From the NCBI GenBank assembly GCA_964199315.1, contig OZ116703.1:3844001-3908000 (forward strand): a DNA stretch of 64,000 nucleotides. Direction: 5' to 3'. The position numbers and the translations under genes are program-made. Below, in pieces: positions 13,204 through 27,600 of this stretch. Within the stretch, counting starts at the first letter, position 1, and each line of letters starts with the position of its first letter. The notes beneath the pieces are model-generated. The model made no database searches, was not told the DNA's origin, and saw nothing but the letters and a program-made list of their open reading frames with translations. This DNA is from Orbicella franksi. Lineage: Eukaryota.

Positions 13204-13459
13204 TTTGATTACTTGGCCCAATCGAAAAAGACTGGAACTTGAACCTTTGGCAGCGACCGCTGTTCCGGTTCGCATCTGAGGTCACGAAGCAGTTTCGTCG
13301 CGTTCCGTCACGATGGGTCACGACAAAAACATACCCTTGTGTTTTGGCTGATTTTGGCTGGTTTTGGCTCAATTTCAAGGACAATGATCCGAACTAGGAG
13401 GGGAACCTTGTGTTTTTTGGAAACCTCTGTTACGTTCGTCGTTGTGTGAAGCAATAGCT
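13204..13459. promoter_or_regulatory. Probable bidirectional promoter and 5' UTRs shared by GALK2 and the myotubularin gene
   Basis: Divergent ATGs at 13203 (minus) and 13460 (plus) are 256 bp apart. CpG-rich relative to flanks, three GTCACG motifs, three tandem TTTTGGCT units at ~13340-13369. Confidence 0.7.
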
Positions 13460-16400
13460 ATGTTTTATGTCCCAAGTGGTACCCCAAGCACGGGTAGCAG
13501 TGACAGTGGAGATGGCGCCCCCATCGCGAGCGCTTCCAGAAACCTTGCTAGCCTGTTGGACGAGCAGCGGAAGAGAGGGATCGGTGCTGCTTTACTTACA
13601 ATCACAGGTGCGAGTTCTATATGAATACTCTTAAAGACTTGCTAAGGTTCTGGGGACCTAACATTCCTCTTCTCAAACTACGAGAACTGAAGCTTTTAGC
13701 TTCTTGTTGAAGCGTTCTTCAGCACAGTGTTTATGGCGATGGGCGTTAAATAGTCATGGTTATCTTTATGGTGATGGTTAGAATTATCAAGTTGCGTCAC
13801 CTAAATGACGTTCTGTTTTCTTTCAAAAGAAGACACTTTTTCACCCACTGTTTGGAAAATAATGACGTTTTGTTTCCACAATGACACTTTAGAGTCAGAA
13901 TTCTATTGAATGTTTAGCCATCTGACAACAATACACTTTTAATTTACGTTTTTATACTTGCATAATAGAAAATACTTCTCGTAAGGACATATACGGTGCT
14001 GTGTTGACACCTCTGCATTTTTGTGTGTTGTTGTAACCATTTTTAGCCCTATATTCAAACTTACATGGCACATCCATCATGTGTGTAATTGATACTTACA
14101 ATTATTAAGCTTATTTTGAAATAAGTGGCCATTGGTATGAGGAATTTTTTTTTTTAACTTGATGGGTTATTATTTAAATTCTTGGTTGAATTTTACAATG
14201 CCTGGCAACTCTGAAAACATCACTTCAATTTGTGACACCATTAATATTGTCTACAGTCCAACAGTCAATGTCAATAAAAAACACAAGTGTATCATGGCAT
14301 TTTCAAATTATCCATCCCAGTGAAGGTTTGCATCCCATTTTTTCATGGTTAGATCTTAAGAATGATAATTGTAATGAGAATGAAATTGAAAGTTGGTAAC
14401 TCAATAATCCCACAATTACAGAGAATGAAACCACATAGCTATTTAAAAGAAAAAAAAAAACAAACAAACAGCACAAATTCCTCTCCACTGGGCTGAGGAA
14501 CGCAGTGGCAGGCAGTCTCAAACTTGTTCTTATTCATCCAATATCGGGGACCATGGGCCATGGTAGCAGGAAACTCATTCTTATTCATGCATTACGAGAC
14601 TATGGACCATTTTGTAGACTCAGTGTTACCAGTATTGTATCAATTTTGTTCCCAATTCTTCCTTTAATAATTTTGGCTATTCAGGACCTATATTCTGAAC
14701 AAACTGATTTTTTCCTGTATTGATATTTTCTTCCTTGCATTAATGAATGCTAACAGTTGTTTTATTTTAAGATACATGTAACTCTGGATATAAAAATAGG
14801 CCACGTTTGACACATCAATATTCTAAGATGGCTCCGAGGCTTTCAGGACAAACCTCTATATTTGGTGTTGTTTTCTTTGTATCCAAGTTTCTTTTGGGAA
14901 TTGAGGGAGATAAAAGAAACTTTAAAAAATTACAATTTTGACCCCAATGCCTCTGCGCCATGTATGAATATTGATATATCAAATGTGGCCTATTGATACT
15001 GTAGAGGTTGCCAAATTACAGAATGGTAAAAGTGTTTCATATGATATACATGTATGATTTAGCCTTTGAAGCACAAAGTGAAGTCTATTACAAGCAGGAT
15101 TCATGAAAGTAGGATAACATCACCTGTGATGAGGCCCTGTTAGGGGGGGGTAGCCATGTCCCCTGTCTGAAATTCGCCATCAGCCATGTCAGCATTTCGC
15201 AAGATTCCTATGTCACCTGTTGGAATTTTGTCTCAGAGGAGTTGTGTTGGGAAATTTGACCTTGTTCAATTAAAATGAAGCTACACCTATAACACATTGT
15301 AATACCTTTGTTTATTAAAAAAAACGGACACAGTGCTCTCAAGTCTCACACAGTGAGCATGAGGCTCACGCAAAGGAATTCAATCTTGCGCTCTCACGCT
15401 GAAACTATTTCTCATGCATTGAAGGTTCCTTGCTGTTTTAGTCAAGTACATATATAGCTAAGTATCTCTTTGGATATAATTTATTCCTTGTATGTTTTGC
15501 ACTTGCTTCGAACACTTTTCAGCAGTAGAATTCTTATGCAGAGCGAGGATTTCTCTGGTCAGTGGGTTTAATGATTACTTGATGGTTACTTTTAAAGCAT
15601 TACATTTTGACTCAGAATGAAGGAAAAGACTTCTTAGCTACTTCAATTTTTCAAAATTTTGTAAGGGGCTGGGGCATGCTGGGGGGCATATTGGGGGCAT
15701 GCTTTCTAAGGGCTTGGGCATACTTTTGAGGGCTCAAGTTGCTAACCTCCTAGGGGATGTGGGGGTATGGTCCCCCAGGAAATTTTGAAATTTAGACGCT
15801 TGGAATTACTATTTTCAGCCATTTTCCAGTCAGTATTTGGACTTAAAGTACAATCGAACCTATAACTATTTTTACCATGTTTATGTTTAACAACCGTTCT
15901 TTAACTCAAAATCTCAACGGCCTCAATCAGATAATCTCTCCTATCTATAATCTTCCTTTGAATTTGGTATAACCCTTATCTGCTGCTGAAGATGAGAAGA
16001 CCTTGGCAGCTTTCCCCTGTCTCTCTTTTCCTTCCGTAATGCCATTTGTTGATAATACAACTCCATATTCTTTTACTGGTGACCCACTAATAAAAGTATG
16101 AAGCAGACGGTTGAATATCTCTTTCCTTTTTCCTTAAGCGTGCTTTTAGGCGTTTCAGGGCACTGCTCACTCAGCTGAGAGTGAGAAAAAATATTCGGCA
16201 ATGATGGACTCGATTTATTTGACGTGGACGTTTCAGCATATATAAGAAAGCCTGGGTTTCACGACCCGTCGACATTGCTCGTGAGAGAGGAAAACACATT
16301 TAAAACTCTGGAAATGCATCTTCACTTTGACTCAGATGTTTAAAACAATCACTGCATTCTCAGTTCCGAAATTCGTTGTCGTTCTATCTTGCCATTGGTA

Positions 16401-19400
16401 TCGCTTTCTCAATTTTGCTGGAGTAGGCTGTTGTTTGTCGCCAATTCATAGCTCTCATGTCGCCGTTTCAAGGCCATGTCGCTTGTCAGAATTTACCCCT
16501 AACAGGGTCTCTGTGATGGACAAGTGTCCCATCCAGAGAAGGTACCATTAGCTGCAATTTTCCAAGCCATATCCTGATACTGCAGAATTTAACTGTTACC
16601 AGCACCAATCAATGATCAGATTCCTCATAACCCTAAGCCTGCAAATACAGCCATGTAACACTCATTGCTCTTGAATAGTTTAGACATATTCTGAGGTTGC
16701 TGATAAGACTTTGTTTTTTTGGAAAGAGAGAAGGAAAGGGAGAAGCGTCTCAAAATAGGGAGGTGTGTGTGTGTGTGTGTGGGGGGGGGGGGTTATTATT
16801 TCAGGTTATAATTCACCTTACCTATAGAAAAGCAACTTTGTTAGAGAGTACTGGTACTTGCTAACAAGTATGGCTTGTGCTGCAGTTGTTGAAGGGCGAA
16901 ACCTCCCTGTCATGGATTCAACAGGCAAGTCTGATCCATACTGTGTAGTGATTGTCGGAAATCAAGAACAGCGCACTGTTGTACAGTATAGCACTGTCTG
17001 CCCAACTTGGCATGAGACATTGCAGTTTGAAGTCAGTGGTGTGCCCCAACTGATGCAGAATGAACCTGGTAAATTATGACAATCTTTCTTTATAACTGTG
17101 CTTATTATTTGGTTACAATGTCGGTGAATGCACACTGTGGTAGTTAGTCCTCTAGCTTAAAAGCACAATGCTTGGAACCCAGCCAGTCTTGCTCCTGGTC
17201 TTCCCAGGGGATCCGTAATCCAACATACAGTATCAGCCAAGAGTGAGTTGGTAGTCATTGAAAATGACTGGACTTGCTAGGCAGTCCCCAAGTATCTTGA
17301 AACTGCTACTTGGAAACTGGAAACTCAAACTTTGAAACTCATTACAATTCTCAATTCTTGATAACATGCAGTATCAAAGAATAATAAATTTATTTTCAAG
17401 TTAAGGCTGTCAACTTACATTTGACCGGTACTATATCAACTAATGGTAACCACCAGGCCTGTAATCCGTACACGATTGTATCAAGTGTATTTACTATGTG
17501 TTCTAGACATGTTGTTTAAAATTAATATATGATTTATGTTATTTGCCAGCCAGGAGGTCTGTATTGGGAAAAACTATAACCGAGGTCTCGAGTACAGCTC
17601 TAGGCCACAGGCCAAGGGCTGTACTCAAGACTGAGCTACACAGTTTCTCCCAATACAGACTGACCAAGGCCAGCAAATAACATGTTTGATTTTGAATTTA
17701 ATTGAAGCTGTTCAGTTCAAATCTGGTGTACGAGTGTGTTTGACAAAAAGTGATTATTGCACTGTTTCCCTCACTCTGTCTTGAATGTTTACATTTTATG
17801 TTGTTTATGGTGTGACAAAAGGCTTGTCTTGAAACTTAGATGCCAAAGTTGGAAATTTCAGAACGGTCTATACTTGGGGTCTGGATGCGAATATCCAGAC
17901 CGCTGGAGTGCACGATTAGCCAATCAGATTCAATTATTTAGGATTTCAGATCGCTAAGAAGCTGAAGAAAAAAATAAATGTAATTATTATTTGTGTTATT
18001 TTTTTTAGTTGAGAATGCAATCAGCTGCTGCCTTCAGCACTATATACAGATTGATGTGTGGGATTATGACACACTGAATCGTGACGACTTCATGGGACGA
18101 GTTCAAATCCCACTCTCTCTCCTGTCAGAAGAAACCACTGCTCGTTGGTATCCCCTGGGAAGGGGATCAGCTAAAGACAATGTACATGGTGAAATCTTTT
18201 TGGAATTAACCCTAACGGCCTCACAGGTACAAATTAAAGTTAGTGTCTGTAGTACTAGTGGACAGCTGTTCCATCCTACCTGTAACTCATCTGTATTGCA
18301 CAAGCCAGTCTCAAGTATAGTGTAGAATGGAACAGCTGCCTACAGCTAGACTTGTGGGCACATGACTGTATTTTCTTGTCTGAAGTAAATACCTTTAGCT
18401 AAGTACATGTATGGAGCTTTTCCACTCATGTGGCAAGCAGCCATGCATATTTATTGCTCAGAACAAAAGATAGTGTTTACAGAAGAAAATAATTCAACTC
18501 CCAAAGTATTGGTTTGGGACGCCAACATGGCCACCTTTTTATTGTTTGGAGACACCAATATGGCTACGGTTATGTCATGTGAAAACACTCTATAGTAGTC
18601 TGGCGTCACCATGCATTTTAGATCAAATTTGTTCCTTGCTTTTGTAAGTCCTTTCTTTAAATATTGTTTCTCTACACCAGTGTCTGTTAGTCAAAGGTAG
18701 ACAATGCTTGGTTAAGAAGCAGGAATAGGATGTTTTCTTATATGTTTGTTGCAATCATTGTTTCCTTTTTAGCCTGTACCAAAATGGTGTGTAGACTATG
18801 AGCTGTATTCTCTTTGCAAGAAGAAACCTGGATTTGAGATCCCAGTTGCATTTGGAGATTCTGTGGTTGATTTGCCAGGTAGGGCAGCTTACCGTCAATA
18901 ATACATGTACAGTGTACCTGTTCTAGAAGTAGCATTAGGGTCCACAAATTTTAAGACAGTCACTATAATCTGTATTATTGTCTTTTGGTGACATTTTCCA
19001 AAATAACAGTACTTAAGTTCAAATGAGGCTTGAAACTACTGTAAAATTTAGAGTCCAAATCCAAGCTTTTGCCAATCGATGGCATCATCAGGGTGTATTG
19101 TTACTGTATGACAGTCACTACATGTTTGCATTTCTTTTAGGCGAGGCCGAAAGAGTAGAGATGGTGATTGATGATGTGGTAGTTGAAGTCAGTAAACACA
19201 GAGGTATTGGGAGAATGTACCTCACAAATTTTAGGTAAACAGCAACTTGAACTTTCTGTTATTTTCAGTAAAAAACTTAGATAAAGTTTAAAACATGTGT
19301 AATAATACAATGGGGAGCTTGAGAAACCATGACAGCGACGCCAAGGACAACGTCAATTAAAAAATAAGTTAATATTTTACCTACAAATCTCGCGGTACCC

Positions 19401-22400
19401 TAAAGTAATTTACTTTGTTTGTCACTGTCAAAGCTATCTTGCAACTGAATCTAGAACATGGCGATGAATTTGATATTAAAAATTAAAAAATTAGCAGTCG
19501 TCATTCATGTTCTCCAGACAGTGCAGAACTTGGTCATTTAATGTTGTTGTTTTGCAGAGGACGGCAAAGAAATGTACCAAGAACTATAACGCACATGCAC
19601 GGCCATTGTTATCCTCATTAAACCTTTTGTTTAGTGACGTTGCTGTTGGTTCTTAAGCTCCCCAATAAGACGCTCTCATGCTAGATAATTTTGCTATCTT
19701 CTCTATTACCTTGTGATAACAAAAAAGTATTATTTGCAAATCTGATTGTTTGTCTTTAGACTTGTCATTCTCTGTCACCTATCAGGTCTTACAGCAGCAG
19801 GCTATGCATATGTGAGTACCAAGCATTGAATTTACAGTATTGCGAGTCAATGTTTTTAATGAGAAAAATCATTTCATAATAAATGCAAGAGACTCAAGAG
19901 AGTGCAATAGCCTTGTTAAGGAAAACTCAAAGTTTGGATAAATCCAAGACAAATAGCAACTGAGAAGGGCACTGCATAGGTGTTGGTGAACAAGTCCTCT
20001 CTATTGTGTACAGAATTGTGTGAAAACATGAAATTAATATTTTACAAACTGTATTTAACCATGAGAAATACCCATTTATTTGGGAAGTGCTTCATATGAG
20101 AAAGTTGCTTTGTAGAGTATTGATTCTAGAATTATAGTGAAAAGATTTTGTCAAAATTTCTGTTTCCAAAAGTCTCTAGGTCACCCTCAAAACAACGTTC
20201 TAACATCAATTATTGTCTAATGATGACAATACAAGGCTACTTATATGTAAATCCTCCCTATCAAATTGAACATCAGTTGCTGGTAATAAACAACGCTTAA
20301 CGTTAATGTTTTGTATGAGTTTTTACATTCATTTCTACTACAGGATATGTCCATGTCAGTTGCACTCAACAATATTCAGTCAGTTGACAGAGGAGAAGAT
20401 GAAAAAGTAAGGTCCTACATTAAGAGATCTTTGAAAAAAAAGAAACAGGAAAAAATTTATTATGGCAGGGTCAAACTACCTCTCGTTTTGGAGTTGTTTT
20501 GCCTTAGGGGTGAAAGTGAATTTGCACCATGCCCACAGAACTAGCTTCTGGTACCTTTTAGGGGTTCTTTGATTTCCCCTGTCACATTTATGCGAGAGAA
20601 TTCCCCTGGCCACACCCCTGGGGCATGAACTGGCTGAACGAAGCTGACTAAGTTTAGACTGGCATCCTTACACGTGTATCCTGATGCAGAAACAACAAAC
20701 TAATTTTTTTTTTTGAAAACCACATTATAAGTGCATCTCAACATACATCGTATTTTCAAATTGTATGTCCTTCATTTTCTTGTAAACTCTAGGTTGTCTC
20801 CAGGACTGCAAGAGGCAATGCTGGCTTCTCTGATGTGAAGACTCTGACGGTGCGTTGTTGGGACTTCCGCACAATCCGCTTGATCTTCATGAACAAGCCT
20901 CAATATTTGCACAGCTTCTATATGCCACCTGATCCTGGGAGCATGCAGTCCAGTCCAGATTCCATTCTTGCTTCTCTGCAACCTGGCAGTCAGGATGGTA
21001 CAAAGGAACCAAGTCTGCAGTCAATAGGTTCTGAGGGGGATGGGGGTGAAGGTGAGTTTGTCAGAACTTTATCTGTGTAACGATAGTAGTTACTCGGCAT
21101 AACAAAATGTTATTGTCTATTTGTGCCTTTTACAGGAAGACAGCCTCTAAGCCAACCCCAGGTAACAGACCCTCCCTCTGCAAATGACTCCACAGATAAC
21201 ATCACACGTCAGAGCAGCTGCAGTAGTTTCCAGATTTTATCACGCAGCAGCAGCAGTAGCAGCGTTGCAGGTGTGAGCTCACACGGGTCAGATGGCCCCC
21301 AGCTTGTTCCCCAGGGTACTTCAGGAGTCCTTGGGGCAGGATTACTGGCTGCTTCATTTGGTGGAGGAGTGCCAATAAACAATGCCGTTGAGAGACTAAA
21401 GACTGAGCTGATACCAGCATCCATGTTAGTATTAGAATCAGTTATGGTTTTTTTGCTTACCATAATAGGGTCAGTCAGTGTGGGAGGGGGGGGGGGGCAT
21501 GTTGGATTTTGGTAGGCTTTTGTATTCAAACTACAGTTGGTTAAGGGGAAAACAATACTTCACTTAAAGTCAGTGTAAAATTATAATTTATTGTTAATTA
21601 ATCTTGTTATCAGTGACTGTTTGGTTAATTATGGGCTCTCATCTTTGGTGTAAGAAATTTCACTTTAATGCAACCAACTTCAATTTGTGTATTTTAAACT
21701 TAGAAAATGTCCTTTTGTTAAAAATTTGTTATGTTCTTCTTTCAGATTTTTGAATTTATACATCGGTGTGTTTTATCAGAGATTGGAATTCCTGGCCATG
21801 AATGCTGTTGATAATCCTCCATCTGTACACTTTGTAAGGTAAGTGATCGTTTGCTTCTCATAATTTCACACATGTCCAATAATTTTGCCCTTGGCTTCTT
21901 ATGCTTCGGGCTGCATGCATGCCAGATGTGGGCTTCTGTTACGTTAGGATCATTTGATATCGTTAACTTGAGATTGTTTCGTTTTGCTCAGAGCGTTGCC
22001 AAAGGACACTGAACTAAGTGGATGGAGTGTGTATGATTTTCATGAAGAGTTTGCCAGGCAACAGGTGATTTGGTGCAAAACAAAGTCATATTATAACAGA
22101 GTTTAATATAAATCTGCTAATGATCTATCACAAATGCTGTTCGTTTTGCCTTAACTACACAACCAAACGCACTCAAAGGTTGAGGCATTGTTCAGCCAAG
22201 CCCAAGATATGTTTTATTTGAGTCAATAAGCTTACAAAAAAGTGGATTACAAGAGATACATCAAACAGCATCCTACATGCGCCAAAGCCGGAGACATAAA
22301 CCCCAAAAACTTCTTATTAGGAAAAATAGGGACCGTGTACCCCCGACCAAATGCAGTGGCACCACCTTTGGGTTTTTAAGGTTGATATATAAATAACAGA

Positions 22401-24582
22401 ACGGAAGATAAATCAGATAATGTTATTTACACAATAAATATAAAACTTATGCGAAAGTGCTATTGGCAAGGCTGACCGTAGAATGTCACAAGTTTCTCAA
22501 CTGTCTCTTTATACAAATGTACTAACTTGTGTTAGCCTTCGCGTACTACTCTCGCTCCCAGTTCCCTGTTCCATGTGGGCAAAAGATTAATTTATGTCAA
22601 TACCGATTATCACAAATGATATTATCATGAGTGCCGTTCTCTAATCAGCTATGCTACTCACTATTTATTCTGTTTGAGATAGTGAGTGTGTGGTTCTTAA
22701 CAAAACAGTGGCCGCTTCTTCGTGTTTTCGAACTGTCTGTGAAGAGGATTTAGATAACGTGTAAATGAATAGTAGATTTGTAGTTACTGTAACAAAATTA
22801 CTGGATTTCTCTCGATTTCTATAAATGATAGATAGTTGACTCGGGCTGCACCCTTATCACCTATCGCTCATTAGAAATCTCGAGTTCATAGTCTAATTGT
22901 TTAATTAACAGTCACGGAAGACTATTCACGTTTTCTTTGGTCACAGTCCTTTCCAAGAGAATCGACTATTCCGGCCTGGAACATTTTTAACCGAGGGACA
23001 CACAGTGGCCACCTGGTTTGTTGTTTGTGTTTTGTACGTGTATGTCGTTCATGGGCAAGAAGACACTTTGCTCTCACAGTGCCCCTCTCAAGCAGGTGTA
23101 TTAATGATGGTAATAGGACTGATTGGAGTCCAGTTCGGTCTGTAATCATACGAGTGATCAACAAAATCGGACGACCGTGAAGCGGGAGTCCGATTTGTTA
23201 ATTTTCTGTCGCGTACGCAAATAGAGAGGCTGTGAACAATCTTTTTATATCATAGAGCTCCATAATCCCTGTTTTTGTTCCAGGTTTCTGACAAGTGGCG
23301 TGTGAGTATGATCAACCAGGCATTTCTTCTTTGTAGTTCCTACCCTCCACTGTTTTATGTTCCTGCTGAAATACAGGTAACAGTTCATTAGCGATATTTA
23401 AAAACTGAAAACAAAATAATCCTAGAACCAAAATCCTTGTTATAAAGTAGTCAAACTTTCAAAGGGAAAAGTGCATCGTAGTTCTGGAAAAATGGCATCT
23501 GCAATTAATGTAACCTTGATGGGCCCTTAGTTTTACACGTCATTAGCAGTTTTTAGGATTTTTTTTAATCGGTTGAGAGGGTATTCAGTGTATCCATTGC
23601 TAAGCTAATAACTTTTTTACAACAGAAAATGAAAACTTCGTCATGAGTGGCTCAGTACTATTCCATGTATCTCATCAAGCATTAATCAGAGCAGTGTTTG
23701 AAAATCGCAACAAATTTACAAGTGTCCAAAAAGTGGTTTTCGTGTCTGCAGTTGACTGAATTTCCGCTGATAAGCTGGAACATGTAAGAAGTTGAGAACT
23801 AGCGTTTGACTAGAGTTGCTATCGGTCAGTGCTCTCTTGTTTAAGGTAGTATCATTTCGTTTAAGGCCACATCCTGTGTTTACTAACTGTCTTGTATAAT
23901 GTCTACAGGACTCTACTTTAAAAGAGTGTGCTGCATTTAGAAGCAAGGTTAGTTGGTATTTTTGTTGATCGGGTGGTACATAGACGGATTCGTCCAACTT
24001 GTCTACATCCTTATTGCCACCGAATTCAGACCATGTGATGTTACAATTGTTCTGTTTGTACATACTCCCATGCAATCAGCTACGTGTGGCAAATTTCACA
24101 TTTGTAACCTCCCATGAATCATCAGGTGGTCTTAACTGGGTGATAAAAAGGATACAAGCACGTTTAATAGCCGAATCCATCTATTCTTTGATCGACTCCC
24201 TTTAAGTCCTTTACTTATGTCGATTCACCGCTTTCAGTGTTGCTTTCCTGTTTTCCAATGTTGTCTCCCTGTTTGTAAGTGGTGGCCCAATGCCAATGTT
24301 GGACCAATGTTGTCCCACTGCTTTCTGCCCTGCTTGCTTCTCTGTAACACTACGGATTTTCTTTACTGAAATCCTCCGCGCGAAGGACTGAATCAAAATT
24401 ATGCAAATTAGGGAAAGATCGCTCGGCATACGCTAGGAAAAAAAAGAGAGACAGTTCGCAGATTACTTTCCTGTTTACCAATGATCTGTCAATGCTTATC
24501 AGTAAGGCCCCACTTGTTCGAAGGCTGGATAAAAATCGCTATCCAGGGGATAAGTGTTAGCACAACAAACCGCGCTATCCGC

Positions 24583-24619
<37 letters not shown>

Positions 24620-27600
24620 TTTTGAAAAACGCGGGCCTGGTGAATTATTGTTTGTCAATAATATGGCGCAAGGCTTGCTTAATATGGTGTTTATGGTGTT
24701 ACAGGGTCGTCTTCCAGTCTTGTGCTGGTACAATGTCAAGAAAGAAAATTTCATCATGCGTTGTGCACAGCCAAAGACTGGTCCTGCTTTCAAGGTGAGT
24801 AGTACGTGTTTATTTGTGGTGTTCTTTTACAGGATTTTTCACCGACAGATTTTAAAAGCTGCATGAAAGAAATTTTCTTCATGTCTTATTGTCCATAAAA
24901 TTGATGGATCAGTCCATACGTGAAGTTCTGAGCAGAAAACATCAATACACACACCTAAAAAGAAGCAAAAATTACATTTGCCTTTAGTTATTAGCTACTG
25001 CGATGATTGGTAACGCAGCAACAACATTTCTTTCCTTAGAAAATGCACGCCGGGCTGCTGTTTGTTTAAGTTTTGACTGTTTTGCTTTATTCGTCATTTT
25101 TTATCCCTCTTCGGTGCACTAGAAATGTCAGTAGAACACTAACAGTCGGTCTGTGAACGTCCTCTTGTCTCTGCGTCCTCTTCATTAGTATGTTTTTCTG
25201 TTTACAGTGGACATCATCAATGTTTAAACAACATGTAGGTTGCACTGTTAGCAATGTCCTCATTAAACTATTGTAAGTAGCCCAGACAAGCAGGATATTA
25301 ACCCTTTGAATACCAAACTTTCGCCAAAAAATACCGTTTTTAACCGTTTAGTCAGGTTTTTTAGCTGCCATGACGCTAAATAAGTCTAAGTTTTGCTAAA
25401 AAAGCTTTTGTTTTACTAAAAGGAGAGATTTTTCGAGGATTAGGCACAAAATTGAGCAAAACTTCAATTCCGGGCATGAGCATAAGCCAATTTTTTTTTT
25501 TTTTTTTTTGCCATTAACCGTTCTCAATTTCGTTTGTTGGCCCTTTCCTTTCTGTTTTTCTCGGCCCTTTTACACTGGCTACCTTTTGCATTGTATGTTC
25601 TTTCTGGCTGCAGTGAAAAGTTGGATGTTAATTATGGGCGAAGCCTAGAAATGGACCTTGATCAATCATAGGCGTTGTGGACCATTTTACCACCGTTTTT
25701 GCACCAAAACTGATGATGTTGTTTTTCGATTTGCGACGTCGGAATGTCGTCGATATCTAAACCTGACCATTGTGCGGAAAGGGCTAGCCTAGCACTACTA
25801 TCTGCTTATCAAGAATATCTGATGACATTTAAATTGATGACGTCACGAGTGGTACAAAGAGTACGACCATTAATTACGCATATATGCGTAGTTGGTATTC
25901 AAAGGGTTAAGTAAACTGCCTACATACAAGTACATTCAAAAACTCATAACATTAAGAGCTATTCTCTGTATACTCGACCGAAGTGTTGGATTGTTTTCTG
26001 TGCCAGTGTAAATGTATATTTGCTTTGTTTTTCAGTCTGTGTGGTTTGTTCATTTTCAGAACTCTGTCGACGACGAATTTGTCATTAGCACTGCTAGGAA
26101 GTGTAATAAATGTACAGACAAGCTTGTTATTTTTGATGCAAGATCCATGTTTGCAGCAGGAGGAAATATGCTTAAGGTGCGTTACACCCTGTGATCTAGT
26201 TTGAGACTTTTTTTTCTAACTTCGTCTTCTTTGGTCCCTTCTCAGAAATGTTTCTCTCGAAGCGTTTCAAAGTGGTTTTCAGGGAGTCTCTTTCTTGCAA
26301 ACTCTACAAAATGCCTCCTGTTGTTTAGTTTCCAAACTTCTAAGCCGATCACAGATCCGACGGTCGTCTAGGCTTGATTTCCGCTCAATCTCCGCCGTTC
26401 TTTCGGGTCCGGTCGCATTTCTCCCCGAAAAGACACGGCTGTGAGTTCGGGGGAACAGCGTGGGCTCCTTTCCCGAACAGCGGCTAGTAATCGAGTCTAA
26501 CGGTCGTGCAGTTGATCGGCATATGTTTAAATTTGAAGCAGGGGATTGTAAAGTTTCTTGGGGGAATTGTTGTTTTGAGGGGTGTTTGCAATTAGAAAGG
26601 GAGGGAAAAGATTGTGTCCATTTCACCGTGTTGACCCTCGACTCCTACCAATTTTTTTTTTCTTTCAAATTTTGGAACACATCTCACAAGTTCATTGTCA
26701 ACGGGTGCCAATGTAGATGTAGAAAAACATGAACAGTTTTACTCGCTATAAAAACTTGATTCAACGTTCTAGCTGATGTCGAATTGGATGATCTCTTTCG
26801 TTTGTGGTCTTGTCGTTACAGGGCAAGGGAACAGAGGACACTATAAACCGTTACCAAGGTTGCCAGCTGTTGTTTCTCGATATTCCAAATATTCACGCTG
26901 TACGGGACAGCTTGTACAGACTGCAGGGCGTCTGTGAATCTTCAGCGCAGAAGAAATGGCTGTCACATCTAGAGTCGACCCAGTGGCTTGCGTACATCAC
27001 ATCTATCCTAAAGGTACCGTAATATCTTCATCCACTCAGGATCTTAAATTTCAGTAGGTGTTAGGAGCAGTGGTCCAACGATCGATACATTTCTATCCCC
27101 GATTCAAGCCCTGGCCGGGGTCATTGTGTTGTGTTCTTGAGCAAGACACTTTACTCTCACCACTCTCTCCACCCCTGAATGGTTACAGGGAAACTCGTAT
27201 TAATTAGGGCAACCTGACAGAAAGCTGGACAAGCATCCCATCTAGGGGGAATTGCAATACTCCTAGCCGCTTCACGGGGGAGATATGCGCCAGTGCGTTA
27301 TGTGTTATGCGTTATCCGTTATTATGTTATATGTGTGTGTATTTGCGCCATCGTCATTCTAATTATCACCTTCATTATACAGACGTCATCATGACGTTGT
27401 CAAGACATCTTCATTGTTTTTATTTTCGTGTTTGTTGGTTCCAGGGCGCTGTGACGATTGCTCGGTTTGTTGATAAAGGTGCCGCTGCCCTGGTGCACTG
27501 CAGTGACGGCTGGGATCGAACGTCACAGCTGACGTCACTAGTTCAGCTGCTGCTGGACCCGTTTTATAGAACGATAACAGGATTACAGGTAAATAACGCT

